Below, piece by piece: positions 10,701 to 18,201 of a DNA stretch of 28,867 nt (the first letter of the stretch is position 1; every line of letters starts with the position of its first letter). The DNA is from an uncultured Chitinophagaceae bacterium (lineage in GTDB: Bacteria > Bacteroidota > Ignavibacteria > UBA10030 > UBA8401). A program made the position numbers and the translations under genes. The stretch spans positions 2,581 to 31,447 of the forward strand of contig CAYXEE010000001.1 in the NCBI GenBank assembly GCA_964463935.1, in the 5' to 3' direction. Under the pieces are notes generated by a model. It was given only the letters and a program-made list of their open reading frames with translations, searched no databases and was not told where the DNA came from.

Positions 10701-13700
10701 ATGATGCGCTTCCTATCATATTGGATGCAATAGTAACATTCCCCAATGTTCCGGCGGTGTAGATACCATAGAACGTATATCCGATTGCCGCTCCGCCACC
10801 AGCGCTGATTGAACGAATGGTATCGTTCTGAATAGAAACCGTTCCCGCGCTGGTTGAATATATTCCGGTGATTACTCCCGCGGTTGTTGTTGATGTTATG
10901 GAAACCGAATCTACTCCCGGTGTTCCTCCTATGGTATTGCCGGAGGTTGTTCCGATATTAACGTTGCCTGCCAGCGCCGATATTCCTGAGAATATTCCCG
11001 GCAGAGCTCCGGCGCTTGTGGTTGATAAACTAATTCCGGCGATGATGTTTCCTTGTACGCTTGTCGCCGATGCTGTTCCTACCGTAAGTTCTATCGCTCT
11101 GAATATAGCGGCAGCCGCTCCGGCATACAAGGTAACTCCCGTTCCCGATGAATTTGCATATCCGATAATATTATTGCTTATAGCGTAGTTTACGCCCGAT
11201 GCGGTGATAATATTAATTGCGTGATGCGTAGCTGCGCCGCTTGCTGTTCTAACTGCGCTCTGGAAAAATTTATTCCCGGTAATCGTCCACGCCGAGCTGT
11301 TTGACGCTATTAAAATTCCTTTTGATGCCGCCGCTGCGCCGAAATAATCTTGTATGTTGTTGTTGCTGATTGTGATTGCGCTGTTGTCCACCGCCGACGA
11401 TGTTCCTGCTGAATATATTGCGTTGTAGGGAAGGTTGATGCCTGATGATGTTATTGTGCAACCAGTAATTACGTTGTTATCATTGCCGCTTGTACTTCCT
11501 GTGGAAAATAAAATTGTCCCCGATGTCGTGCTTATGCTCGATCCCTTGATCGTACAGTCCTGAATCGTGTTGTTTGTTGCATCGTTAATAAATCGTATCG
11601 TGCTTGCCGCCGCCGTCGCTGATGTGTTCTCGAAGGTTAAGGAATTACCGCCGGTATTCAAACCATCAATAATTACATTGTCCGCTCCGTTCAAATTAAT
11701 AAGCGGCGCTGCTGCCGATCCCGATATTGTTCGTGAAGCGCCGCCTGATGGAGAAATTGTAAGAGTGTATGTAGAGTTATCGTCATACGAAATTGCATTT
11801 AATGAAACAGTTCCCGATTCAGTTATATCGCTGGTGATATGTGCAGTAAGATTTCCCGCCAATCCTTTTGCATTGATATCAAAAAATAATCCTTGTGAAC
11901 TATTTCCGGTCAACGAAGTGTATGGTTTACCGGCGCCGACCTCTACCGTTCCGCTTAAACCAGCAAGAACAGTATAACTATTGATTGTGCCGCCGATTGG
12001 GAAAGCTCCGCTCGTTAGCGCAACGCTTGGCGGTGTTCCAAAAAAAGTTCCGCTGTTTATTCCAACAACAGGCGTAGGAAGAGTATTCTGTGCAACAACA
12101 AAATATTGTATAACATCGCCGGCTGTTACTCCGCCAAATATTAAACCGTGATCAATTGTAAATGAAAACGGACTTGTTGAATTGCTTGCTTCAACATATT
12201 TCCAACCGTTCGTTGTATTGTCATTGGTACCGGGTAATCCGTTTGTGTTTGTAGATTTTTTATACCAGACGCGAGGTTTTGTACCGGCAGTCGTATTAAC
12301 TCCGGTACCATCTGTTATGATTGCTGAAAACGTACGATTTGCAGTAGAGCTTGTATTTCCTAATACTGTATATGTAATAGAAGGTGGAACAAGACTATTT
12401 ACTACGCCTGTAAATTCATCGGCACCGATATCGGGAGTAGAGCCGGAACGAGCGTCGCCGTCAAAATCTATTGTGTAAGAAGCAATAGCAGAACCGCCGC
12501 TTTCAATCTGCGTCAGCGTTCCGGTATCGATATGCAGAAAATCGGGGCTGTAACCGGTTGTGCTGAGCCACGTCGGATTTTCTGTTACCGAATTAATATC
12601 GCGCGGTGAAATTGTTCCTGCGGTAAACACGCCGGCGTTATAGGCTGTCATTGTCTGCGCAGAAGAAGTTCCATCGGAATAAATCAATCTGCTTGCGCTC
12701 GGCGTTCCGGCATACAATAAATTATTATTGGATGCGCTTGCATAGTTTGCCAGCGTTCCGGCAGTTCCCGCGCTTCTTCGGTAAGCGACCGTTAATCCGG
12801 CGCCGGCCGGCGTTGATGTATTAACAATAATATTGTTTCGCAGATCAAGCGCTGCTGTTGTTGAAACTGCGCTTGCGGCGTGAAATATACCGCTTGAACC
12901 AAAAGTTGCGCCGCTTGAGGAGGCATTAAGATGCACGCTGTTGTAATACGCATTAATGTTCGAGGTTGCGCCTGTTGCTGTAATACTAATACCGCGAAGA
13001 AGATTTGTGCCGCTTGCCGCCGTGGCGCGCAAATCGCCGATGATATTGTTTGAAACATTGGTAACCATTGATGCAACGGCGCCCGATACCAGTATTCCAT
13101 TGACTGTTCCCGTAGTAACAGCGCTGCTGGAAGTAGAGAGATCATAAATCTTGTTGCGGTATGCGTTGTTTGTTGTTCCGGCAGAAACTGCAATACCATT
13201 GAGCAAGCCCGTTGTAACTGCGTTTGCCGTAAATGAATACATTGTATTTTGATAGACGCTTGTTGTTGTTCCGCCGGAAACAGAAATACCGTTGACCGAG
13301 CCGGTGGTAAGCGTATTTCCTTGCAGATTATAAATCGTATTTTGATAAACGTTCTTTGTTGTCCCCGCAGTTATTGTAATACCGTTGACTGTTGTTGTCG
13401 TTCCGCCGGTAGAAGTCAATCCGTAAATTGTATTAGAATAGATATTATCATTGCCGGCGCCGGATGTTATTCCGGTAATTGTTGCTGCGCCGGAGATTGT
13501 ATTAATCGAATTATTATACGTTGCGTTATTGTTGCCGGCAAGACTCATCGCCGTAATAGCGCCTGTTCCGCCCGTCCAGTTCGTAAAGATATTATTAGAA
13601 ACGCTCTTTGTTGCAGAGCCGGCGTCTGTCGAGACCCATCCGGCAATAATTGCGGCTCCGGTAACAGTGATAGTGGAAAAATTATTGCTCCGATGATTAA

Positions 13701-16700
13701 TAACGCTGCCGGAGGCAGAACTTGCCGCGCTGGTAAAGAGCGTTACGGTTCCGCCGGCGCCGGTTTTATTAAATGCCGTAACAATACTATTGGTATCTAT
13801 CTTTTGCGCGCCATTGGAATACAATGCAACATTATTGCTGATGAATGTTACGCTGCCTGTTGTATTCACAGTAAGATTCGTAAATGTGTTGCTGCTGATA
13901 TTTTGCGATACTACAGCCGCCGCGTTGCTGATATAAGTATGCGCGCTTGAACCGGCAACGCTGTGAGCGATACCTTGAATGTTGTTTGATTGTATCGTTA
14001 ATGCGCACGAAGCGGCAGCCGTTGTAACATTAATACCTGTAAGCGCGCTTGCATTGGCTGCGCTGTAGGTAACAAATCCGCCGCTGCTGTTGCCAAGCTG
14101 ATTGTTGATAATATTCAGCGCGCTTGTTACAGCTCCCGTGCTGGAGATTCCTGTTACTGTTCCCGTTGTATTTGTCCGGGAATGACTTCTGATAATATTG
14201 CCGGCGATATTCGCTGTTGATACTGCGGCGGAGTTTGATATACCTGTCAATGCGCCCGTGCCGGTATTAACAGCCGATAGAATATTGTTCGCAGTTATGG
14301 TAAGCGTTCCGCTGCCGCCGCCGTTAACAATGCCGCTTACGACTGAAGCGCCTGTGCCGTACGCAGTAGCATTCTGAACGGTATTTGCTGTAATGGAAAT
14401 TGTTCCGGTTGCCGTATTGTTAATTCCGTTGAATGTGCATACGCCGGCGGTTGTAGAAACAGTTCCGATAGAGACAGCGTCAATAGTATTATTATCAATC
14501 GTAAAATTACCGGCGGCGCCGGATGTCAATATTCCGTTGAATGTGTATCCGTTCGTCGCTATTCCTGTTGTAATAACATTGGTAATTGTATTTCCCTGTA
14601 CCGTAACCGCGCCGGTTGAAGCAACCGCTATACCGTTGATTATAGGAATTGTACTTCCCGAAGCCGACAAGCGCGATATTGTGTTGCCGGTAACATTCAC
14701 TACCGTTCCTGCCGTTACATTGATACCTGCAACCGATGCCGTTGCAATTGACAGCGAAGATGAAAGAGAATCTATCAGATTTCCATTGATAGTAACTGTG
14801 GGAGATATATTTGCGCTTGCCAATCCAATAACTAATCCGCCTGTTCCCGTCGATATTATTGTATCTATCGTATTGCTGTTCACCGTTAGCGCGCTTGCCG
14901 TGCCGCTGGCGCCAATATTTAATGCGGTAACCGCCGCTTGTCCGGTAATTTTTGTAATGATATTATTGGAAACCGTTGATGTTCCTCCAAAACCATTAAT
15001 GGTCATACCGGTAATTGCTGCGCCGCCGGTTGTCCAGTTCCTGAAAATATTTCCTGTAACTGTCTGGGTCGGATTGCCCGCGCCGGAGGCACTCCATCCG
15101 GTTATTATCGTTGCTCCTGTTGCCGTAACGTTTGAAAAATTATTGTTTCGGTGATTGATAACAGAGCCCGCCGGCGATACTGCGGCGGTAGTAAAGAATG
15201 TTATCGTCCCTCCCGCTGTTCCTTTGGTAAATGAGCCGGCTATGCTGTTGGTATCTATTTTTTGTGTTCCGTTTGAAAAGAGAGCAACGCTGTTGCTGAT
15301 GAATGTTACGCTTCCGCTTGTATTAACATTCAAATTTGTAAATGTATTACTGCTGATATTCTGCGAACGCGTAACGGCGGCGTTGTTGATATACGTATGC
15401 GCGTTTGTTCCTGCTATTGAATAGGCGATGCCTCTAATGTCGTTCGATTGAATGGTTAATGCCGATTGCGCGCTTCCTCCGGTATTGGTAATTCCAATCA
15501 ACGCGCTGGAAATTGCCGCGCTGTAAGCAACCAATCCATCGCTGCTATTACCAAGCTGGTTGTTAATAATGTTCACCGCCGATGTTACGCCGCCGGAGTT
15601 TGAAATACCGGTTACAGCGCCTGTTGCCGCTGTGCGCGTGTGACTTCGCAGTACGTTGCTGTTAATGTTCAGCGTATCTACTGCCGCCGTGTTGGATATT
15701 CCGGTGAACGCTCCTGTGCTCGGAAGCGCTGCTGAGATAATATTATTGCTGTTGATGTTGAGCGTTGATGCTATGGCAGAATTGGATATGCCGGTAAAAG
15801 CTCCGGTTCCTGTGTTTGTTCCCGAAATAATACTATTGCTTGTAAGAGCAACTGTGCCGTTCCCTCCTGTATTGGCGATACCATTGAAGACCGATGCTGC
15901 CGCGCCATACGCAGTTGCATTCTGTACGGTGTTGCCGGTAATCGAAATTGTTCCTGTTGCTATATTGGTGATACCGTTGAACGAGCAGACGCCGGTTGTT
16001 GTTGACGGCGTTCCTATGGCAATCGCATTCGCCGATGATGCGCTTCCTATCATATTGGATGCAATAGTAACATTCCCCAATGTTCCGGCGGTGTAGATAC
16101 CATAGAACGTATATCCGATTGCCGCTCCGCCACCAGCGCTGATTGAACGAATGGTATCGTTCTGAATAGAAACCGTTCCCGCGCTGGTTGAATATATTCC
16201 GGTGATTACTCCCGCGGTTGTTGTTGATGTTATGGAAACCGAATCTACTCCCGGTGTTCCTCCTATGGTATTGCCGGAGGTTGTTCCGATATTAACGTTG
16301 CCTGCCAGCGCCGATATTCCTGAGAATATTCCCGGCAGAGCTCCGGCGCTTGTGGTTGATAAACTAATTCCGGCGATGATGTTTCCTTGTACGCTTGTCG
16401 CCGATGCTGTTCCTACCGTAAGTTCTATCGCTCTGAATATAGCGGCAGCCGCTCCGGCATACAAGGTAACTCCCGTTCCCGATGAATTTGCATATCCGAT
16501 AATATTATTGCTTATAGCGTAGTTTACGCCCGATGCGGTGATAATATTAATTGCGTGATGCGTAGCTGCGCCGCTTGCTGTTCTAACTGCGCTCTGGAAA
16601 AATTTATTCCCGGTAATCGTCCACGCCGAGCTGTTTGACGCTATTAAAATTCCTTTTGATGCCGCCGCTGCGCCGAAATAATCTTGTATGTTGTTGTTGC

Positions 16701-17325
16701 TGATTGTGATTGCGCTGTTGTCCACCGCCGACGATGTTCCTGCTGAATATATTGCGTTGTAGGGAAGGTTGATGCCTGATGATGTTATTGTGCAACCAGT
16801 AATTACGTTGTTATCATTGCCGCTTGTACTTCCTGTGGAAAATAAAATTGTCCCCGATGTCGTGCTTATGCTCGATCCCTTGATCGTACAGTCCTGAATC
16901 GTGTTGTTTGTTGCATCGTTAATAAATCGTATCGTGCTTGCCGCCGCCGTCGCTGATGTGTTCTCGAAGGTTAATCCGTTCGAACCGTCTATCATCACAT
17001 TATCGGCTCCATTAAGTCTTATCAACGCCCCCGTTATCGCTCCGCTAATCGTCCACGATGATGTTGATGAAATTATCAATGATGTCCACGAACTAACGGA
17101 GGGCTGATTCAGAACCGCAGAATCGATTTCCGTTGTAGACGCAGTAATGCTAATCGCGATAGTGTTTCCTGCTTGCGCAGAATTCAAATTCAATGCATCA
17201 AATGCGGCTTTCAACGTTCCATACGTGCCGTTTGCTCCTGTTGATCCCGTAACAGTTACTTGACCGTACGCTGATGCCGCAATGACATAAACAAAATAAA
17301 ATATTTTTTTCAGTCGGTTATACAT
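1792..17325 (-). CDS. Giant (5177 aa) secreted adhesin-like surface protein with parallel beta-helix modules, Ig-like repeats and C-terminal beta-solenoid repeats
   Basis: Uninterrupted 15.5-kb ORF with signal peptide MYNRLKKIFYFVYVIAASAYG|Q and T/G/S/N-rich xIxxNxI beta-helix repeats. The DFDGDAR...PDIGADEF module end occurs twice, and about 9 repeats of the type T(V/I)(D/E)(Y/F)NG..AQTI...Y.NL..S.SGTKT lie in the C-terminal half. Confidence 0.9.
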   Translation of the reverse strand: MYNRLKKIFYFVYVIAASAYGQVTVTGSTGANGTYGTLKAAFDALNLNSAQAGNTIAISITASTTEIDSAVLNQPSVSSWTSLIISSTSSWTISGAITGALIRLNGADNVMIDGSNGLTFENTSATAAASTIRFINDATNNTIQDCTIKGSSISTTSGTILFSTGSTSGNDNNVITGCTITSSGINLPYNAIYSAGTSSAVDNSAITISNNNIQDYFGAAAASKGILIASNSSAWTITGNKFFQSAVRTASGAATHHAINIITASGVNYAISNNIIGYANSSGTGVTLYAGAAAAIFRAIELTVGTASATSVQGNIIAGISLSTTSAGALPGIFSGISALAGNVNIGTTSGNTIGGTPGVDSVSITSTTTAGVITGIYSTSAGTVSIQNDTIRSISAGGGAAIGYTFYGIYTAGTLGNVTIASNMIGSASSANAIAIGTPSTTTGVCSFNGITNIATGTISITGNTVQNATAYGAAASVFNGIANTGGNGTVALTSNSIISGTNTGTGAFTGISNSAIASTLNINSNNIISAALPSTGAFTGISNTAAVDTLNINSNVLRSHTRTAATGAVTGISNSGGVTSAVNIINNQLGNSSDGLVAYSAAISSALIGITNTGGSAQSALTIQSNDIRGIAYSIAGTNAHTYINNAAVTRSQNISSNTFTNLNVNTSGSVTFISNSVALFSNGTQKIDTNSIAGSFTKGTAGGTITFFTTAAVSPAGSVINHRNNNFSNVTATGATIITGWSASGAGNPTQTVTGNIFRNWTTGGAAITGMTINGFGGTSTVSNNIITKITGQAAVTALNIGASGTASALTVNSNTIDTIISTGTGGLVIGLASANISPTVTINGNLIDSLSSSLSIATASVAGINVTAGTVVNVTGNTISRLSASGSTIPIINGIAVASTGAVTVQGNTITNVITTGIATNGYTFNGILTSGAAGNFTIDNNTIDAVSIGTVSTTAGVCTFNGINNTATGTISITANTVQNATAYGTGASVVSGIVNGGGSGTLTITANNILSAVNTGTGALTGISNSAAVSTANIAGNIIRSHSRTNTTGTVTGISSTGAVTSALNIINNQLGNSSGGFVTYSAANASALTGINVTTAAASCALTIQSNNIQGIAHSVAGSSAHTYISNAAAVVSQNISSNTFTNLTVNTTGSVTFISNNVALYSNGAQKIDTNSIVTAFNKTGAGGTVTLFTSAASSASGSVINHRSNNFSTITVTGAAIIAGWVSTDAGSATKSVSNNIFTNWTGGTGAITAMSLAGNNNATYNNSINTISGAATITGITSGAGNDNIYSNTIYGLTSTGGTTTTVNGITITAGTTKNVYQNTIYNLQGNTLTTGSVNGISVSGGTTTSVYQNTMYSFTANAVTTGLLNGIAVSAGTTNNAYRNKIYDLSTSSSAVTTGTVNGILVSGAVASMVTNVSNNIIGDLRATAASGTNLLRGISITATGATSNINAYYNSVHLNASSSGATFGSSGIFHAASAVSTTAALDLRNNIIVNTSTPAGAGLTVAYRRSAGTAGTLANYASASNNNLLYAGTPSASRLIYSDGTSSAQTMTAYNAGVFTAGTISPRDINSVTENPTWLSTTGYSPDFLHIDTGTLTQIESGGSAIASYTIDFDGDARSGSTPDIGADEFTGVVNSLVPPSITYTVLGNTSSTANRTFSAIITDGTGVNTTAGTKPRVWYKKSTNTNGLPGTNDNTTNGWKYVEASNSTSPFSFTIDHGLIFGGVTAGDVIQYFVVAQNTLPTPVVGINSGTFFGTPPSVALTSGAFPIGGTINSYTVLAGLSGTVEVGAGKPYTSLTGNSSQGLFFDINAKGLAGNLTAHITSDITESGTVSLNAISYDDNSTYTLTISPSGGASRTISGSAAAPLINLNGADNVIIDGLNTGGNSLTFENTSATAAASTIRFINDATNNTIQDCTIKGSSISTTSGTILFSTGSTSGNDNNVITGCTITSSGINLPYNAIYSAGTSSAVDNSAITISNNNIQDYFGAAAASKGILIASNSSAWTITGNKFFQSAVRTASGAATHHAINIITASGVNYAISNNIIGYANSSGTGVTLYAGAAAAIFRAIELTVGTASATSVQGNIIAGISLSTTSAGALPGIFSGISALAGNVNIGTTSGNTIGGTPGVDSVSITSTTTAGVITGIYSTSAGTVSIQNDTIRSISAGGGAAIGYTFYGIYTAGTLGNVTIASNMIGSASSANAIAIGTPSTTTGVCSFNGITNIATGTISITGNTVQNATAYGAAASVFNGIANTGGNGTVALTSNSIISGTNTGTGAFTGISNSAIASTLNINSNNIISAALPSTGAFTGISNTAAVDTLNINSNVLRSHTRTAATGAVTGISNSGGVTSAVNIINNQLGNSSDGLVAYSAAISSALIGITNTGGSAQSALTIQSNDIRGIAYSIAGTNAHTYINNAAVTRSQNISSNTFTNLNVNTSGSVTFISNSVALFSNGTQKIDTNSIAGSFTKGTAGGTITFFTTAAVSPAGSVINHRNNNFSNVTATGATIITGWSASGAGNPTQTVTGNIFRNWTTGGAAITGMTINGFGGTSTVSNNIITKITGQAAVTALNIGASGTASALTVNSNTIDTIISTGTGGLVIGLASANISPTVTINGNLIDSLSSSLSIATASVAGINVTAGTVVNVTGNTISRLSASGSTIPIINGIAVASTGAVTVQGNTITNVITTGIATNGYTFNGILTSGAAGNFTIDNNTIDAVSIGTVSTTAGVCTFNGINNTATGTISITANTVQNATAYGTGASVVSGIVNGGGSGTLTITANNILSAVNTGTGALTGISNSAAVSTANIAGNIIRSHSRTNTTGTVTGISSTGAVTSALNIINNQLGNSSGGFVTYSAANASALTGINVTTAAASCALTIQSNNIQGIAHSVAGSSAHTYISNAAAVVSQNISSNTFTNLTVNTTGSVTFISNNVALYSNGAQKIDTNSIVTAFNKTGAGGTVTLFTSAASSASGSVINHRSNNFSTITVTGAAIIAGWVSTDAGSATKSVSNNIFTNWTGGTGAITAMSLAGNNNATYNNSINTISGAATITGITSGAGNDNIYSNTIYGLTSTGGTTTTVNGITITAGTTKNVYQNTIYNLQGNTLTTGSVNGISVSGGTTTSVYQNTMYSFTANAVTTGLLNGIAVSAGTTNNAYRNKIYDLSTSSSAVTTGTVNGILVSGAVASMVTNVSNNIIGDLRATAASGTNLLRGISITATGATSNINAYYNSVHLNASSSGATFGSSGIFHAASAVSTTAALDLRNNIIVNTSTPAGAGLTVAYRRSAGTAGTLANYASASNNNLLYAGTPSASRLIYSDGTSSAQTMTAYNAGVFTAGTISPRDINSVTENPTWLSTTGYSPDFLHIDTGTLTQIESGGSAIASYTIDFDGDARSGSTPDIGADEFTGVGPSNYYSKSTGNLNLLSNWGTATDGNGTAPLNFTSNNKTYYIRNNAAPTIGAAWTVSGTSSKIVVGDGTNVCNFTIPSGFAVTGTIDVSNNATLTNQNNINPTLGILATGSTVNYNGSGNQTIAAKDYYTLTSSSSGNRTLDNSATIRVANTFTAGTNSYTVTGSTIEFNGTANQNLSAIVLNNMTVNNSFGVTLSGNVTVNGVLSFTSGKITTGANKISIGALGSISGSGGYVIGNLEKTISTSGSPLAVTFEIGDAAYYTPVNLIFASVSSSGTVIASTTGTDHPDLPNSSINPAVSAQRYWTLTNGGTVYSTIDATFNFNPADVDGGANPLAFIIARYSGSWSQPNIGNVLSTSTQALELTDLGDFQVGESSLSPNISLATGGGAISADNVGTGTWTSLTGPFYAEGANGDVQIGTIILNAPPGFIFDTTGIAPTVLITRISGSGDSTREINNVSSGTAVPITSITITQITFTVTASSSNGVRDSLTWQNIRVRPSAGSPLASGQITKSGTSVMAGVTNNVTNFGGLIEVAGAMSKVAVILPGTDFKIGIGANGSATAQTAGVEFVVDSLVATDQYSNITTSYSGAKNLTYSGPTGDTAYSSNPITFNAGVAVNISARLRKAESVSISVQEGNNFGSPTNLTINNAGYTHLQILVPNETATPGVGVGKTSFSTAQTAGVSFNVTVRSVDSCWNFVNSGSNLITLSTDNPYYTLGSGNLSSGTVLLSATLNKAVASTITASATGPSPNTSSSIPVNPDALDKLQVIVPGETADPGSPTGKTGTPSVQAATAPITFTVNAVDVNWNLVSATNTIQITSNDGTASLPSNADLVGGTKDFVISMNAAGSRTITATSIAGPAVTAGTSASITINSVTIAAAVNGNAISADDFGTGDWTALTGPYYEEATSANVGIGTIILYAPSGFEFDQGGITPTVLINGSGTASENINNESDGTSVSVIVSATQITFTVTSVSSNGVTNSLTWQDIRVRPTAGAPLASGNISKSGTSTLIGVTGGTNFGTLTQIAGAIDKLVITLPGQTFTSGSGNSGSPANQTAATPFTISSITATDQYLNTAPSYSGAKTFSYSGPAGAPSYTTNVSFTSGVSTTMLTTTLNVVETSTITVTDGGLYGNASSNLTILPLTTTWDGGGDGVNWNSANNWNPNGVPATHSNVELTGANTITINVAATAYNVVLNNASLALSITTGNSLTVTNNYIQSNGAVNTATTFPAVSGTTTISGGTVNYNASGAQTVSSQTYHHLSFSGSGTKQLAGIITVNGNLSVASGVTLNDAGFQITGNASNTVTLNASATLSLGGIGSGTSFPTNYISISLNPTSAVIYASDAAQTIKAANYGNVTSSSSGSRTLSSSGTIGIAGTFTKGSNSYTVTSSTVDYNGTSSQNISDLPSYNNLIISGAGTKTLSANASIIGDITISGGTLDLQTYTGNRNTLGGTFTIAALCTLRVGGTNGMPENYSTYAFDPASIVDFYGSNPTINGGTFNNLVVASGGAVTLGANVTITGNLTVTNGTLDLGSYTANRSALGGTASVSAGATLRIGGTNGLPANYSTYAFNPASTVEFYGTSQPIEAQSFGNLTINSSGTVTLANSGTIGISGTFSPNSGTYVTTGSTIDYNKAGAQTITKFNYNNLSLSGSGAKTFALDITRIAGTLSISDASADAITNLSTIEFNGTIAQTINPITYYNLEVSSSGTKTISGAVTVNNNVGIVSGATLLVDSGATLAVRNDIDNSGTLNIDGELTYAP
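1941..2086. repeat. Direct repeat near the 3' end of the giant gene, copy of 1-146
   Basis: Same alignment as 1-146. It encodes IAGTLSISDASADAITNLSTIEFNGTIAQTINPITYYNLEVSSSGTKT. Confidence 0.9.
7068..11640. repeat. Intragenic direct repeat copy B (4573 bp)
   Basis: Matches 12402-16974 at a constant offset of 5334. All opposite-strand shadow ORFs, which are sensitive to synonymous changes, translate identically in both copies. Boundaries are CTACGCCTGTAAA and GAAGGTTAA. Confidence 0.95.
12402..16974. repeat. Intragenic direct repeat copy A (4573 bp)
   Basis: As for copy B. The two copies are separated by a unique, in-frame 761-bp spacer (11641-12401). Confidence 0.95.
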
Positions 17326-17533
17326 CTATATATTGTAGAACTTCAGTTATTATCAAAAATTCTTTTTTACAGCATCTAAAAAACTTTGAATTAATCATAG
17401 TAATCAAAAACAGAACCGCGTTGGCGCTGAAATTATTATACTCCTATGCGACGCTTTCGGTAGATTACCGTTGCAGACGATAATACCTAATGCGACTATC
17501 TACGATTAAAAAATAAATTTCAGATGAACTATT

Positions 17534-17764
17534 TTATGCCGCCGCAACAAATTGATCCGAAGGCGCATTAACCGAAAATGACAACGAAACATCATATCCG
17601 TAAACAGCTATAAACTCCTTAATACTTTCCTGCTTAAATTTACGATGTCCGCCGGGTGTTCTAAAACATTTCAACTTCCCTTCTTCAGCCCAGCGTTTTA
17701 CTGTAGATTTGCCGACATGAAGAATTTTGGATACATCTTCTGTGTTAAGCAATACATCGTACAT
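17534..17764 (-). CDS. Stand-alone BldC/excisionase-like (HTH_17, MerR-like) DNA-binding protein
   Basis: LLNTEDVSKILHVGKSTVKRWAEEGKLKCFRTPGGHRKF matches the BldC/Xis pattern (L.T.EVA..F.V...TV.RWA..GKL...RT.GGHRR). There is a strong AAGGAGG SD 4 nt upstream of the ATG. Confidence 0.88.
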   Translation of the reverse strand: MYDVLLNTEDVSKILHVGKSTVKRWAEEGKLKCFRTPGGHRKFKQESIKEFIAVYGYDVSLSFSVNAPSDQFVAAA

Positions 17765-17818
17765 ACTACCTCCTTATAGATTGTGAATAAAATTTAGAGT
17801 AAATTTTTAAAATTATAG

Positions 17819-17846
17819 TTTTCATAAACATTGTAACTTATGAAAA
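17819..17846. promoter_or_regulatory. Palindromic operator-like site
   Basis: TTTTCATAA-N10-TTATGAAAA, 9-bp perfect arms, about 55 bp upstream of the HTH gene. The AT-rich context lowers its significance. Confidence 0.4.
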
Positions 17847-17861
17847 TAATTAAATTCTCCG

Positions 17862-17897
17862 TTATTGGTCGTTATAGTCTTTTTAGTTGCTTTGGTC
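17862..17897. promoter_or_regulatory. Four phased 9-bp direct repeats, candidate binding array for the BldC-like protein
   Basis: TTATTGGTC / GTTATAGTC / TTTTTAGTT / GCTTTGGTC, with GT(C/T) at 17868, 17877, 17886 and 17895. Confidence 0.5.
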
Positions 17898-17921
17898 TAA
17901 TTTAACTATTTGACTGCTAAA

Positions 17922-17943
17922 AATTGTGAAAAATATCACATTT
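17922..17943. promoter_or_regulatory. CRP/FNR-family (or Rex-like) binding site
   Basis: AAT-TGTGA-AAAATA-TCACA-TTT has a perfect TGTGA-N6-TCACA core. It also matches the Rex consensus TTGTGAA-N4-TTCACAA at 12 of 14 positions. It lies in the divergent HTH/msrA intergenic region. Confidence 0.65.
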
Positions 17944-18123
17944 TAGAGCATTCTAATGAAACTTAGGGAGTTCTAATAATTCATCTTTTGTTAGAAATGC
18001 GGAAAAAATGGTTTCCAACTGAAGTTACCAATCAATAAATTCTATTTGCCGTCGTTTTTTTTGTGGTGAATTATTCTAATTTATTTTGTGTTAATCGTTA
18101 TAGAACGATTGAAAGGAAGAACA

Positions 18124-18201
18124 ATGAAAACTCTAATAGCGATTTTTTTAGTCGGTTTTCTGCTCTTTTCACAAAACAAGGTTGCGAAAAAGGAAAAATA
18201 A
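18124..18201 (+). CDS. 25-aa signal-peptide-like ORF, out of frame with and overlapping (TAATG) msrA
   Basis: [25 protein letters not shown], preceded by an AAGGAAG SD-like motif. A -1 shift joins it to the msrA frame. Confidence 0.55.
   Translation: MKTLIAIFLVGFLLFSQNKVAKKEK

Noticed and set aside
2693-17107. Numerous 60-250 aa plus-strand and alternative-frame ORFs overlapping the giant gene
   Set aside because: These are antisense shadows of a Thr/Gly/Asn-rich frame. They have no SD or family motifs and are duplicated only because the underlying repeat is.
17440-17505. c-di-GMP riboswitch in the adhesin leader (GAAA loop, repeated CCT(A)ATGCGAC, GTAGAT/ATCTAC arms)
   Set aside because: I could not fit the GEMM P1/P2 consensus by eye. 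An Rfam/Infernal scan would settle it. The 44-bp-spaced repeat remains a weak operator candidate.
17534-17764. Prophage or ICE excisionase marking a mobile element
   Set aside because: No integrase, att-flanked tRNA or phage genes are nearby. Its context fits a transcriptional regulator better.
18063-18200. 46-aa N-terminal extension of MsrA from the ORF track
   Set aside because: It has no SD and is hydrophilic and non-conserved-looking. Better starts exist at 18124 (other frame) and 18201.
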